A DNA stretch of 50,028 bases. It comes from Chiloscyllium plagiosum (Eukaryota). Positions 49,806-50,028 of the stretch are shown here, piece by piece (position 1 is the first letter of the stretch; each line of letters opens with the position of its first letter). The stretch spans positions 47,176,735 to 47,226,762 of the forward strand of contig NC_057719.1 in NCBI RefSeq assembly GCF_004010195.1, written 5' to 3'. Both the position numbers and the translations under genes were made by a program. Below the pieces are notes generated by a model. That model did not search any database and had not been told where the DNA came from. It saw nothing but the letters and a program-made list of their open reading frames with translations.

Positions 49806-49840
49806 CACTAGCTTTCGGAGCGACGCTCCTTCATCAGGTG
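49806..49840 (-). ncRNA. Minimal type-I hammerhead ribozyme motif, intact
   Basis: CAC-CTGATGA-A-GGAGC-GTC-GCTCC-GAAA-GC-TA-GTG: helix I CAC/GTG, helix II GGAGC/GCTCC, palindromic AGCT helix III, CUA site. Confidence 0.8.
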
Positions 49841-49992
49841 ATTGTGGAGGGCTCGATCGTAACACAGAATTTATAGCAAAAATTTGCAGTGTGATGTAAC
49901 TGAAATTATACATTGACTTCAATGTATAATTTCAGTTACATCACACTGCAAATCTTTGCTATAAATTCTGTTACGATCGAGCCCTCCACAAT

Positions 49993-50027
49993 CACCTGAT
50001 GAAGGAACGTCGCTCCGAAAGCTAGTG
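49993..50027 (+). ncRNA. Minimal type-I hammerhead ribozyme motif (one helix II mismatch)
   Basis: CAC-CTGATGA-A-GGAAC-GTC-GCTCC-GAAA-GC-TA-GTG. Confidence 0.7.
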
Positions 50028-50028
50028 T

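Larger units (their letters stand above)
49750..50028. mobile_element. Young PLE fold-back (family B), truncated by window end
   Basis: Near-perfect palindrome centred at 49917-49918; arms 49805-49916 / 49919-50028. Confidence 0.9.

Overview
Eukaryotic, AT-rich, repeat-dense DNA with no supportable host protein-coding gene (intergenic or deep intronic). HE1-type tRNA-derived SINEs, CR1/L2 LINEs and a SacSINE1/Deu-SINE-like fragment point to a cartilaginous fish, probably a shark (inference from recalled repeat families). All ORFs in the track are transposon remnants or chance. Remnants seen: CR1 ORF1/ORF2, a second CR1/L2-type LINE, Gypsy and Copia(GalEa)-like integrases, solo LTRs, a Harbinger-like Myb ORF, a Tigger-like end and Penelope-like (PLE) GIY-YIG 3' ends. 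The most striking structure is about 17 PLE-derived insertions (roughly 45-490 bp) in at least three sequence families. Most carry all or part of a minimal type-I hammerhead ribozyme motif (CUGANGA-A-helix II-GAAA-palindromic ACGU/AGCU-NUH) with compensatory helix changes between families. Many are head-to-head fold-backs, usually with 11-18 bp target-site duplications and often a 31-39 nt one-sided extension. Coordinates were read by eye; boundaries of old elements are approximate.
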